A stretch of 64,000 bases of DNA from Perna viridis (taxonomy: Eukaryota): assembly GCA_037379345.1 (NCBI GenBank), contig CM074514.1, positions 40,982,001-41,046,000 of the forward strand, written 5' to 3'. This document shows, one piece after another, positions 25,503 to 38,200 of this stretch. How positions within the stretch are numbered: the first letter of the stretch is position 1; every line of letters begins with the position of its first letter. Position numbers and translations under genes: made by a program. The notes beneath the pieces were generated by a model. It was given only the letters and a program-made list of their open reading frames with translations, did not search any database and was not told the DNA's origin.

Positions 25503-25831
25503 TGTAAGAATCAGGAAGTCTGTGAAACATGGTATGATAAAACCCATTATTTTGAAAGTGTAATTTGACTATTTTTACCACCAGAATCAGGGGAAAACTG
25601 ACAAGACTTTCCATATCATGCAGGACCATTTAGTTAAAATGTACTGGAAATTAATGTTTCAAGGGCAGATAACTCTGTCAAAAACCTCATTTTTCTAACA
25701 TTCTGTTGAAAAATTTCTGAACAAAGGCAGTGAAGCAGAAATCAAATATAGAAAGCATCATTGAGTGAAATTATATAGTGAGATCGGTGTGTTTTGTTCT
25801 GATTTTATTCCCATTTTGCCTGATTCTTACA
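25503..25831. mobile_element. MITE with tgtaagaatcagg TIR
   Basis: tgtaagaatcagg/cctgattcttaca; partial relatives at ~5800-6100, 32230-32612 and 55530-55850 (shared caagggcagataact-like core). Confidence 0.75.
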
Positions 25832-25975
25832 AATACTTAGTAATACACTTGAGTGTAATGCTTGTGTAACCAGTTGTACACGTAACTGTTACAAAACAGA
25901 ATATACACTGTAGATACCAGACCGGAAAAACCACGCCTAAAACACAAAAAATAAATATTTAAGTTACATTTTAAT

Positions 25976-26395
25976 GGAGGTAGACCTTGGGTAAGGGACA
26001 TAATTTTAACTCCCGAAATCTTTGTTTTTATCATTCAAAATCTCACCATAGCCCTTCTAGTAATCATTTAAAAAAGAATGAAACCGATTCAAGTTACTCT
26101 GATGCTTACACGAGACTTATGTATAAATTCTTTACACAAACAGGCGCGTAGCTGAGGCCAAATTGAAGTGTAGGCAAAATTACAGTGTAGGCAGGTCCAG
26201 GGCGGAGCCCTGGTAGTGGGTCAAGGGGGGAAATAGCGTTTTAGAGCATCATTCATGCCTCTCCTTGATGTATTTTATCTAAAAAAAAAATGGCAAAATT
26301 AAGTGCAGGCAAAAGCTTTTTTGCCTAACGGCAGCTTTGTCGGACATGTAACAATGATTTGAAAGGGTCTTACCCTTTAACCTAGGTCAACACCC
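25976..26395. mobile_element. TTAA-type (Kolobok/piggyBac-like) MITE with a nested CAGG MITE (26141-26337)
   Basis: ggaggtagaccttgggtaagggaca...ctaggtcaacaccc|ttaa; same family as 38391 and 40052. Confidence 0.7.
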
Positions 26396-26927
26396 TTAAA
26401 TGAAATGATCGAGAGCGTTATATGTGTATAAAAGTACACAATATGGTTTTGACAAGTATCAAAAATTAAACAAATCTTTTTACATTCATCTAGATTACAA
26501 AGAAAATAAATTAAGCATGTAGTAGATGTTTTTCATTCTAAATCAACATATACCCTTTCCTGTATCGAGTTTCTGCTCCACAATAACCTCACTTGTGATG
26601 TCGAATAAGCCAGGAATCCCTCATTTCAATTGGTAGAATTATCCATAAAAGTATAGAACTACTGGTGCCAGTATGTAAAGACCACAATCAAGCGATCAAT
26701 TAGTACTGACATCAAATTCGTTGATTTCTTTTCAAACAATCGAAGCCAAATTCAAACTTAATCAACTAGAATGATACTGTTTTTCATATACAATGTCTCA
26801 ATTTTGACAGAGACACAATGGCAGTTTACAGCACTAAATCGAAACATATCATGCCTAACATATTCATGAAATATAGAGTCTAATAAAATTTCATCACTAC
26901 TGACCTTTTATGGTCGTCATTATTAAT

Positions 26928-27424
26928 GATTGATTGATTGATTGTTGGGGTTTAACGCCCGAGCAGCAATATTTCAGCTATATTCAGGCGATGAACATGA
27001 AATGATGATGATAAAAAAAGGGATGGGACACCAGGATAATAGGGTCGACAAATTTTGATTGCCAAAAGATAAAAGGGAGGGATGGGCAGGATAGGGCAAT
27101 TTTGCCTCCTCTGGCGGAGCGCAAAGGTTCCTACTTCTATCGAATACCACAGCGGGGTTCTTTAAAGTGCGAAGAACGTGGCATCTTTTTCATCACTGTG
27201 CACCACTATGGTTTGTGGTCAGGTTTTCGGTATTATAGCCTTCCAACCCCAACATGTATTACGCCAGGGGTACCCAATTCCACCACCTAGGGCACACATC
27301 CCATTTGCTCTGTCGGCAGAGCGCCTAGCCTCCGGCTAGTTAACTAAGCAATATTTAGTCGCCTTTTACGATAACCTTAGCGCTGCTGCTGGCCTATTCC
27401 GTTGACACCCGGACCTGCACGGGG
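26928..27424 (-). mobile_element. SINE-like element with (CAAT)n tail and degenerate TSD
   Basis: (gatt)n tail; flanks tcattattaatgat/tcatcacgaatgat; 3' part repeated in the opposite orientation at 49850-50075. Confidence 0.75.
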
Positions 27425-27496
27425 CTCATCACGAATGATGTATTCACCTGTACCATGGGAACCAATTTATACACCGGGTGTGACAATGTAGTTTAC

Positions 27497-27643
27497 CTTT
27501 TTCTCTTTCGTCTACTCCGGACGTGATATTCATGAGCAACTCGGTGGGTGTTTTTAGAAAAGGAGAAGATGCTTAAATTACCCTACCGTTGCATCCGATC
27601 CATGCTCCCAGTTTTTAGTGGAGTCTGGGTTACTCATTTACTT
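27497..27643 (+). mobile_element. Same repeat family (copy 3, 5' part)
   Basis: gagcaactcgg...ttaccctaccg...tttttagtggagtc. Confidence 0.7.
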
Positions 27644-28369
27644 AACATGGTATATAACAAAATAGTTTTGCATTATGAACAAAGTCATAATTATGAGTAC
27701 AAAAAACCCGAATCTCCGTCATAAACAAAGTCTATAGCTAGACACTACATTGATTTAACATCATAAAAATTCGTACATCGGACAAAGTAATTTGATGGGT
27801 CATTTTACGCGTTATAGCTTCATAGTGATAAGTTCGTTATGCATTGTCGCGATTCTAATTAAAATGTCATAAAACAGTTGCAGCGTTAATAAAACAATTA
27901 AAGTACTGCTCCGTTTAATAATCGTGGAGGGTTTTTGATTGTTATAAAATTTAGACTATCTATATTATATGAGATACATGTACGCTCGAACAAGAAAAGG
28001 TGAACATTTATGCAAATCTTACAAATGCATTTATCTTAAAAACAAAATATGTTTTATTTTTACAGATTGTTGCTTTCTGCGTAGACAACAATCGACAATA
28101 ACTTTTCATGATCTCTATAAAGACCGATTACTGTTTTATATTTTAACTTTAAACCATGACTCCATACATGTCAAATCGTTAAGTTATTACGTCCAACTTC
28201 AACCAGTACAAAATTAGTCACAGTTCTATTATTTAGATTTGACCAGGCACTAAAATATCATTATCATGTTTATTTCAACGTACCCTTCCTCTTACAGTTC
28301 GATTGGTTATGATTTAGAGCTTTCTACCTGAACCAAACATCAACAATTCTGTGGATTGGATTTTTACAG

Positions 28370-28433
28370 ATGGAATATTTATTACGTTACATTGTTCTCC
28401 TCCTCTGTCATGCTGAAATTTTTTACTGTACGG
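28370..28433 (+). CDS. Gene B exon 1, signal peptide MEYLLRYIVLLLCHAEIFYCT
   Basis: ATG directly after tttttacag (an upstream UTR exon is possible); G|gtatgc donor; 64 nt. Confidence 0.75.
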
Positions 28434-29167
28434 GTATGCAGAATCGAAAATTTAATATTTTATTCATTCGATTTTTTTCTCATTATTTTGTTAATTGATT
28501 GTGTTTTCAACGAATTTCTGATATTAAATTATGAATATTAATTACCTAATTAAATTGTATGTCAGTTGCTTTGTAAACTTGAAATCAATATGTTTTGCGG
28601 GTTGTTAGAATACCTCAACTATAATTTAAAACTTTATTGATCTATTCCGCATTTCATTATATGTTATTTTTATCAAGGATGGTGAGTTTGTGTATTGTTT
28701 TCAGTTTTTAGTATGGAATAACATAAAATAACGAAGCAAATTTTCGTCGTTCCCTCCGCGGGACTCGAACTCATACCGCTGTGACATCTATGGCAACACC
28801 GCCTGCACTAAGTCCAGCGCCCTAGAACACTCGGCCAGCTAAGCTATATAAAAATATAGCATTCGCTGGCCGGGTGATTCTTCCTCGTAGGATTAATCTA
28901 GGGCTGTAACTTAGTAACTGTAACTATATTTTTATCTGGCCGAGTGGTCTAGGGCGCTGGACTTAGTGCAGGCGGTGTTGCCATAGATGTCACAGCGGTA
29001 TGAGTTCGAGTCCCGCGGAGGGAAAAACAAAAATTTGCTTCGCAAATTTGACAGTTCTAACATCGTTGGGAATTTTTCAGACCCTTCTATAAGTTTACGT
29101 TATCTTCCCTATATCAAATTGATCCGATGGAGCAGTGTAGAGAATAGAGTCGTCACATTCTGAGACG

Positions 29168-29207
<40 letters not shown>

Positions 29208-32200
29208 GAATAAAAACACATGTAAACAATACATTTTTTATTGTTGTAACACCTTCTTCTATTTTTTTTTCTATTGTTTGTGTATGTTTTGTTTTGCATG
29301 TTTTTTCTTTTTTTTTTGCGATGACCTTAATAGAATAAAGGAACGATGTACTCATCTGTTTCATGTATATAAATATCTTTCAGAGAGATGTGCCCCAATT
29401 CGTTATGACATTGCATTTTACTTCAATCGCCATCGACAAACAGGGTCCTATACATATTATATCAGACAAAAAAGTTTTGCAGAGGTAATAATCGACAAAT
29501 TTCCAGTAGGCTACATGCAGACTAGATTTGCTGCACATATATACGGGGGAACTCATTCTAGATTGTTCGACTTTAAAACCAAAACAACTAAAGATGCCGT
29601 AAAAGCAGGCTTTCCAGAAAATGCAGATAAAACAGGGAATTCCGAAACTAAAGAGAACATCAGAAAGATCTGGAATTCGATATTTCTCGAAAGAGAAGGA
29701 GACAGAAGCGATGTTCAAAATTACTGTTTCATGTTCGCTTCTGTTGAAACCAATCTGACGTACGAGTCCAAGGGAGAGAAACCAAGCTCCATAGATCTAT
29801 GGATAATGGATGCTCAGGATTACTTTAATCCTGATGAATATTCTGATGATAGAATTGATGAGTTTGCTAATAAGTACAAAGTCATTTCGGACGTTTTTTC
29901 CACGACAGTATATAACGATATTGCTGCGGAATTTACTAGTAACTCGGCTTTTGATTGCAAGACAAGTAAATACATAATATGTAGAAACCTTTAATCAATC
30001 ACTTTCAGCCATTCTTTACGTACAGGTGATTATTCCCTTAGATTGTTGCCTTTTCACAGTTTGATAATTTAGTATTATCCCCTTCACCTTCTTTCAGGTT
30101 ACACAAATGTTTTATAATGCTTATCTTCCAAAAATGACCATATTACGAACTGTAACTGCGGCTTTTTTTTTTTTCAAAAGTACATTTTTTTCAGTTTTTC
30201 AAAATACAAAAAAAACTACATGTGTATTTAAAAAACGATTAATGTAGTAATTGCAATTCTTTTATATTTGTGTAAACAATCGATTAGTCAAGTTGAAATT
30301 CAATGGCATATTCAGAGAATCACCTACATGTAAGGGGTTCCACTAGGGGCACAAAGCAACCTTGTATCTCTCGCAGAGGTGGTTTTACGTCATCAGGTTC
30401 TGAGGCCCGCTCAGAGCAAAGTATACGATATTACTGATAGAGCCGATATCATAAAAAATTGTAATATTCTTTTTTATTTATAGTAACCTAGATAACGTAT
30501 AAGTAAACGATACTTTAACTCCAAAGAGTGTTATCTTTTTACAGGTTATTGCATACATGCAGTAAAGAATTATTGCAAATTATGTGTTACTATTTTAGAT
30601 CGCCACAAACTGCACTTTAAATGTCGTTGTAGTGTGCGGCGAGAACTTCTTTGCATATGACTACCCGTCAGAAATAACCAGCACTGCTGATACACAGCAA
30701 GGTACATTCCGGGGGTTAATGTTTGGATAACAAAATACATCGGCATCATGCAAGCAATGCTTTTCTATAATTATTTATCATTCTAATCATGAAATGCAAA
30801 GTAGGCTCATATTAATATTTTCTCCTAAAAATATAAATCTAAAACATAATAAAACGGTGTTTAATCAATGATTTAGGTCAAGTCCTATAATTAAAGGATA
30901 CATGTACCAGGTGGTATCAAAAACGTATTCATCTCAATTGAAAACATGCAATGTTGTAGTAAGTGGAAATTAAGGAGGAAGACGTAAGGTATGGGACACA
31001 ACTCTTACAAATCATTGGAACGTTTGTATTCTAGCTGTTTTTTTTTTTTATAAAAATCTCATGTAAGCATCTGATACTGTTCTGTTTTAGAATGAAAGTC
31101 TTGTGAAATTGAATATGACACAAACATATCACTGATTTCAAGAAATGTGTCCCCTACCTTAGGTCTAACCCCTCTACGTTGTCTGTGAACTGTATGTAAC
31201 ACTCGGACGTACAGTAAACGTACTCAGTTGTAAACGTACTCGGTTGTAAACGTACTCAGTTGGACTCGATAAGTACATGTAGGCCGACATTATGAAGATT
31301 GTGTAATTTAAAGATCAAATTAAATACATGTAAATGGAAAGAAATTTAAGATATAGGTTAACTTTTATGTTAATATTTACGATAATATCGTAATTAGTTC
31401 AATTCACTCAAAGCTTGGAGATGTTTCGCCGAAAAGTAATCAAGCCACCGTGACAGCCTTGTAATCATAAAGATTGATATTTTACATTTGCGGACTGTTC
31501 TCCATTTAAAGACTTACATGTAAAAAACACATATAAAACCAGTCCAATACTTCAATTAACACGTTATAGGGTGTATTTAATCTGGTGAAGTAACATAATT
31601 TTATTTCTGTTCGTTATCTTAAGGGGTCATGACTGTTTTGATGGATACAGCCTGGGATATATCCTGCTGTGCAGTGGTTAAACAGTGGAGTTTCTGGGTG
31701 AAAGCCAGTGGTTTATTAAATATTGGAGTTTTAAGACCTAACGGAACAAACTATTATGTTGTCGGTTTTAATGAAATCATCATACCTGGTAAGTAAATGC
31801 ATAACTGCAACTCTACAATGGTATGAACTTTCCATTTATACATGTGCCATATACTATTCCCAATTCCACACTATCGAAACACCTCAGCCTTTCTAGTTAC
31901 ATGAAAGAAAACTTCGGAGGCACTTGGCGGATGGATGTGTTCGGAATTTGACCGATCCGATTCTAAAATTATAGTTAAACTGGTAGAATTTTTACCATAT
32001 ACTTTTTTTCTTAGCTCCTCGCTTAGCGCCAAAATTCTTCAAAGTTGGAAGAGATGTTCTTTATTTCTAGTGATATCCAACCAAAATTTATAGCGCCACC
32101 TGTTGGATAGAACTACTTTGATTTCGGATATGACTACAATGCTGGCGAATTTTTCAAGAAGAAATTCTTTCTGTCTAAGAGGTTATTTTAAGTGTATCGG

Positions 32201-35200
32201 AAATGGCCGAGTAGTTCCGATTGCATACCCAATAAAATCCCATGTCATTTTCTTTCAAAATAATTTTCATTATGGTATGAAAAAAAAATCATTTATTTTG
32301 ATTGTGTAATTTGACTTTTTGCACCATCAGAATAAAGGAAAACGGACAATATTTCCCTTATCATGCTGGATCATTTTGTTGCAATTTCATTGAATGCACT
32401 GAAAATGAACATTTCAAGGGCAGATAACTATGTCAAAAAACCTAATTTTTCTAACATTCTATTGGAAAATTTCTGAGCAAAGCCAATAATGCAGATATTA
32501 AAAAATGACTTTTCAAACAGAGAAAGTATCTTTGAGTGATATTACATTGTCAGATCGGTGGTGTTTTGACATGCATGTTTCTGATTTTTCCCATTTTGCC
32601 TGATTCTTACACACACTTACACTTAAATGGCTTTCAAACAGATTCATCAATAAACAGAGAAGTTGTTTTTAAAAATGGAGAAGAAGAAAGGATTGCAATA
32701 AAGGATGGAGATAAGATAGCATGGTAAACATACACAACTGTACTGATTGGTCTTTGCATTTGCAAAACAAGAGCAAAGTCATTAATAAAACGAGCAAGCT
32801 AAAGATAACACGCAAACAGAAAATAAATCAAAGCAATATAGGTATAATTTGTTGTCAAGAACTTTCGTGTTATTACAGAAATCGGAGTTCAAGATACAAA
32901 TTATTTCATTTGTAAATAAAAACGCAATACCGCATGGTCGCTAAAATTGTCGATTTTAAGGCAAACAGTTATAGGATGAATTTTTGTTTTTCTAATTGGG
33001 CGGATGCGTAGTGGTGTTCTGGTAATTAAACCACCACTAAATATCTTGCGAAATTTATTTTTGCGCTTTTAGCCTGACCGATAAAATACATGTAAGCCAA
33101 AATTAACATCACGCGAAAATAACCCGCAATACTTTATATGAAACGACACAACCATAAATATGAGTATAATTGATTAAGGTTAAATGCTTGTCTTTCAAAC
33201 TTCGTAACTTACGGTTCTTAGCAAATTCTTGTATATATATATCCAGGAAATGTCTGTATTTTATTGCTATGTTTTCCGAAAAGTAGGAATTGGGCCATAT
33301 GTATTTTGTTTGGTATTATTTGAATTGCAAGTAACGGTGAAAGCGCACTTGACGTCACCTACACATGCTCATGTGAAAGAAAGTTCCTACTTTTTCTTAA
33401 AGACATCGTTTTCGAAAAAAAACATAATTGAAATACTGTGAATGGGAAACACAAACGTGTGTCCCGATTTTGTTTTCTATTTTTCACAATAAAGTTGTAT
33501 TTAAACTAGTATAAGACATCGACCTTTTTTATTAGCGAAGAGGGAGGGGTTGATTGGATCATTTTGAGAAAAAAATGTTCAAAATTTTAAGGAACAATTC
33601 TTATTTACTTATAAATTGCAAAAAAAAAAATAATAATAATAAAAACAAAGATTCTTTATTTTTCTCACTAACTTACAACAAAGATTTTCAAATAAAAACA
33701 TTGATTTCAGTTGCTGATGAACAACACACACAACTTTTGCGCTTGCACGAACAAAATTCCTCTCCGAGATTAATTCCCAACCTCCCCCCTCCTCAGGATA
33801 AAAATTGATAGGTCCATAACTGCTGATCGGAACTTTGCTTTGCTTCATATTTTCAGGTATTCCTCTGGTCAAAATATCATTGCATACGAGAGCTGTTCGA
33901 CGTCGGATCGGTCAGACTGCCCACAGAATACAAAACAGTTTTTTCCGGCCACTGAACCACAAGCAGGCGACAACATTGACTTATCAACAGCAAATACTAT
34001 CACTAATAAGGCGTATTCCATCATGTTGACAACAACTGAGAGTATGTAGTATTGTAAAAAGGGATTAATTTTAGGACGTATGAAAATATTGTATGGTTCC
34101 ATTGAACAGACAACAAGAAACAATATCCATAAAATAATCCTAAAAGATAATTAGTCTCGAAGTTTATTGAGTTGGGAACAATACTAAACACTTCCATCGT
34201 AATATAAAAAGCTTGGGATATGTCTGTATTATTTGGAAATGTTAAAAAGGATAAACACATGGACCAAGCTTGTTCATAAACACACATTTTGTGTCAAAGA
34301 TAGACAACAGAAATGACGAAAAATGCACACAGAGACGAGAATCACGAATCTCACTAAGAAATAGGGGCTGGGGGATTTGCTCTGGAAGTTTCTGCTTATT
34401 GCAGCGGCTGTTTCAATTCATTTATTTCTTTTGATATAATATATATGTTCAGAAAAGAGATGAAAACAACACAGAAAGTCATAAGTCATAATATAATATA
34501 TTTTAAATAAAATCTCTTAAAACTTAAAGATTCTGCCCAGACACTAACTTCCGGTGAGACAGAGACGGATTTGGAATGGAACACTGAGATTGGTACTACA
34601 GCTATCTTCCTTACTAATACGGATTTGGATGCTTTCGAGGAGTTTACATATACCATGACGGAAACCACATCTGCTGGTGCTACCTCTTATTTTGAGTTGA
34701 ACATTCCAAAATGTATGTTTTTGATTTATTTAGTTTAAGACTTAAATGTTTTAAAAAGGTCAACAGGTAGATTAATATTATTTTAGTTTTCCTGGTAGTG
34801 GAGGTGCTGCCTAGACTTTTGCAACCATAAAACTGGCAAAATATCACAAATAATCGCAAACGGATAATAGGTTAAGCTTTGTTGTAGCTAACTGAACACG
34901 TACCTTTTATTTTTTTTTAATAGGACATAATGTATTGGCCATTTTCTTTGAACAGGTATAACGTCTTCAGGGGACAGTCGGAGACTGACCCCAGCTTACG
35001 ATTTTTTCTGACCGTTTATGGACGGCATATAGTTTGCCTTATGCTTAATGTTGTGGAATTAATTTTACCCCTTTTGACACAATCCCCGTTTTCTCTTTCT
35101 TCTCTGTTGCTCGTATAAAATTGACAGGTTTTCCAACCTTGATGTATGTGCTTACAACATGTAGGGACATGTTTAAGGGGTTATTGTTTTAAATTAGAAG

Positions 35201-38200
35201 TTTGTTTTGTTACAGTAACAATTGACCTGAAAGCAAAGCTCCCACTGCAGGACAGTGGACCATATATTATAACTGTTACAAATGTGGATACATGTGAACA
35301 TACTTCAAGTGTCACAGTTACTATAGGAACTTACAATGCCGTGAGTACCAGATAAGTCTGCATTTGTATCGATAAGCTCATAATCTTAAAAAATATTGAA
35401 GTCTAAGCATAGTTCATAAGATTTGTTTCTACATGTAGATTCCTCATGCACATTGAGAAACAAATAACTCGATGAGCATTGTAAGTTTGTGATTTTATTT
35501 TTTCCTTTTTTTTGCTATTGTCGTGCTTTTAAGTAGCTGTCTTTGTAAGAATCATGCAAAATCTGAAAAAAGTGATACACCCCAAAAAAGGCTACATTTT
35601 TTTATTTTTGTAATAAAGTTGTTTTATAGGTCTATACTATGAAATGTGTAATTATTCATTCAAATGTTCCTGCTCTTAGGAGATAAACAACATTGAATAT
35701 CCAATAGATTCTATTGTATTTGAGTGTCATTCACAGAGTTATCTCCCTTAATTTTGAATTCTACAGTGCATTCTATACGTTCTTTATCTCCTATGAGCAC
35801 AGGTTATATGAAAAAACCAAATGTTAACTTGGGTTTACTAAAGCATTTTAAACAAAATATCAAAAATAAAAATATGTAGGCCTTCCAACCATGTATCACA
35901 TTTTGCATGATTCTTAGCTGGAGTGCTACTTAAAATAATCTTTTTTTTTTATTCGCTTATTCCAACTTGGTTTATATACTACTTTATGTCTAAAGGTTTG
36001 TTTTGTTTTTTGTTTTTTTTTTTTTGGCACGAGAACATGCTCAAATATCTTCCAGTATAACTTACCGTTCGGACTACAAATATATTTTCGATGAGGGAAT
36101 AAAATGAAAAGTATTTCTAAAATTTAATGCATAAAATATAGAAGTCATATTTTAAACTTGTATATGCAGCCGCCAATTGTTACCAATTTACCATACATCT
36201 TAGAAATTATTGAGACTACAAGAGAAGCACTTCCGTTGTATCAAATCAACGTAATTGATGCGACAAATGACCCTATATGTTGTACGATGCCCTACTCGGT
36301 ACCGGCCTCCTTCAACTTCGAATTAAAACAATTCAATAATTCAGAAGGTAAGTCCAATACAGGGGGCACTAACTTCCTGGAGTTAGAGGAAGAGTCAGGC
36401 GAAATGATAAATAAATGAAACAAATAGTTAAAGAACACTGTTAAAATGAGGTAAGTTTTTTTTCTGACAGTGTTTTCTCAATTGCCAGATTTTGATTAGG
36501 ACTGGTACTTAATTTATAACAGTCATTCTGAGCCTAGACAAAATAAAAATGACTAAATATTTATATATGTCAGTGTTTCATATTTAAATGTGATTTTCTT
36601 TGATCTTAAGAACTGCAGTTATTTTAAATATTTAACTGCTTCTCAACATAATTGCAAATTCAGGACAATTCCAACCAAAACTAAACATTTAATGAAACTA
36701 TTACACGCAATTAATCAATTCATCTTTGATTTCCGAATTATATACAGATAGAAAATCAGTAAAGTATGCAATCACGCAATACACAAAGCGAGGAATCTAT
36801 ATATATCTAAAATTCAATTATTCAATATTTGTCATTGCTCTATTCTTTGTTAATCATCGTCTAGGAGGTATAGATCTCTGGCTGTATACACGTGACAACC
36901 CTGTGTTTGAGTACAGTGATATTGACTCGTTTAGAGTTTTTGTCTGTTGTCAGGATGCTTATGGGTCATCATTCAGTTACCTCGTTCTGAGATTGATAGA
37001 AGTCAAACAGGAAACTCCATACGTACCTCCAGGTAAGGCACAACTGCACGTTATGAAAAGAGTATGGTTTCATTTTTTGTGAAAATGACAAATACAAGGA
37101 CATACATAAAGTAGGCACACGATAGACAGGTATTTTTGACATGTACATGTAACAGAATATATCTTCCCCACATCGATTCCTCATTACATTTTTGCCAAAA
37201 AGGGACGAAATCCAGATAACTTTTCATTTTGGAGTTTCATATTGAAACGCAGGTCAAAAATTCGTGCAATCGCACAAGACAATAAATACATGTACATGAA
37301 TGGAGTTGCTAGTTTGAAAACTATAGAATATTCCTTGAAAAGCGACTGCAATGCAATCATAAATTTGATAGTTTTAAAGAATTACTACATGTTAGTAGAG
37401 TAACCAACGTCTTATCTAGTTCTACTGCATAATGGTATTTGCACACGATGTAATTTTAGTTATACATGCATGTACTGTAATATTGTACATTCAAAAGTGT
37501 AGGGTACACATTTCCTCATATACATTTATTTGATGTCCGTATAAAGTTTTGGATCAAACCATGTCATAAATGTTGCATTTTAATATGACGTGCTTCAAAG
37601 TTCCTTAGACCACAGTAAAAAAAGTGATGAACACACGACCAACATTTCGTGCAACTCAGGCTGCGTCTGTTAAAAAAATGAAGAAAGTTATCTTTTTAGA
37701 ATCGAAATAAATCACGTTTGTTTTCTCATTGTTTTACCACTGACTGGCAATTTATGTCGTTATTTAACCTTTATCGCTTGGAGTAAAACAACGCGATGTA
37801 AATGGCCCACTCGACATGGTAAAACAATGATAAAGTATACTGTCCGTGATTTATTTGTGAAATTAAAAATTGGATGTGTATGGAATTGTATTTTAAGTGT
37901 AGAAAAAAAAATGACAAAAAGAGTATGCATTGGTGATATAACACCCATTATGTAACTTTCGAGTTGAGGATGACTTAGTCTAAAATGTATGGTGCACCGG
38001 TTCGAATGACTACCTGTACGTACACTGAAGACGACTCCAGCATCTGCATAATCAAGTTGCAATAATTTACGTACGGTTCGACTAGTAATTGGGTTGTATA
38101 AATAAATAGCATAATTGAAAGTAAGATATGATATGATACAGGTGTATTATAACCTGTAAGAGGACGAAATTGAATACATACATAAAATGTAGATATTTAT

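Noticed and set aside
28936-29022. tRNA-Leu gene
   Set aside because: It has A/B boxes but no pairable acceptor or anticodon stems and is part of an inverted repeat, so it is tRNA-derived, not a gene.
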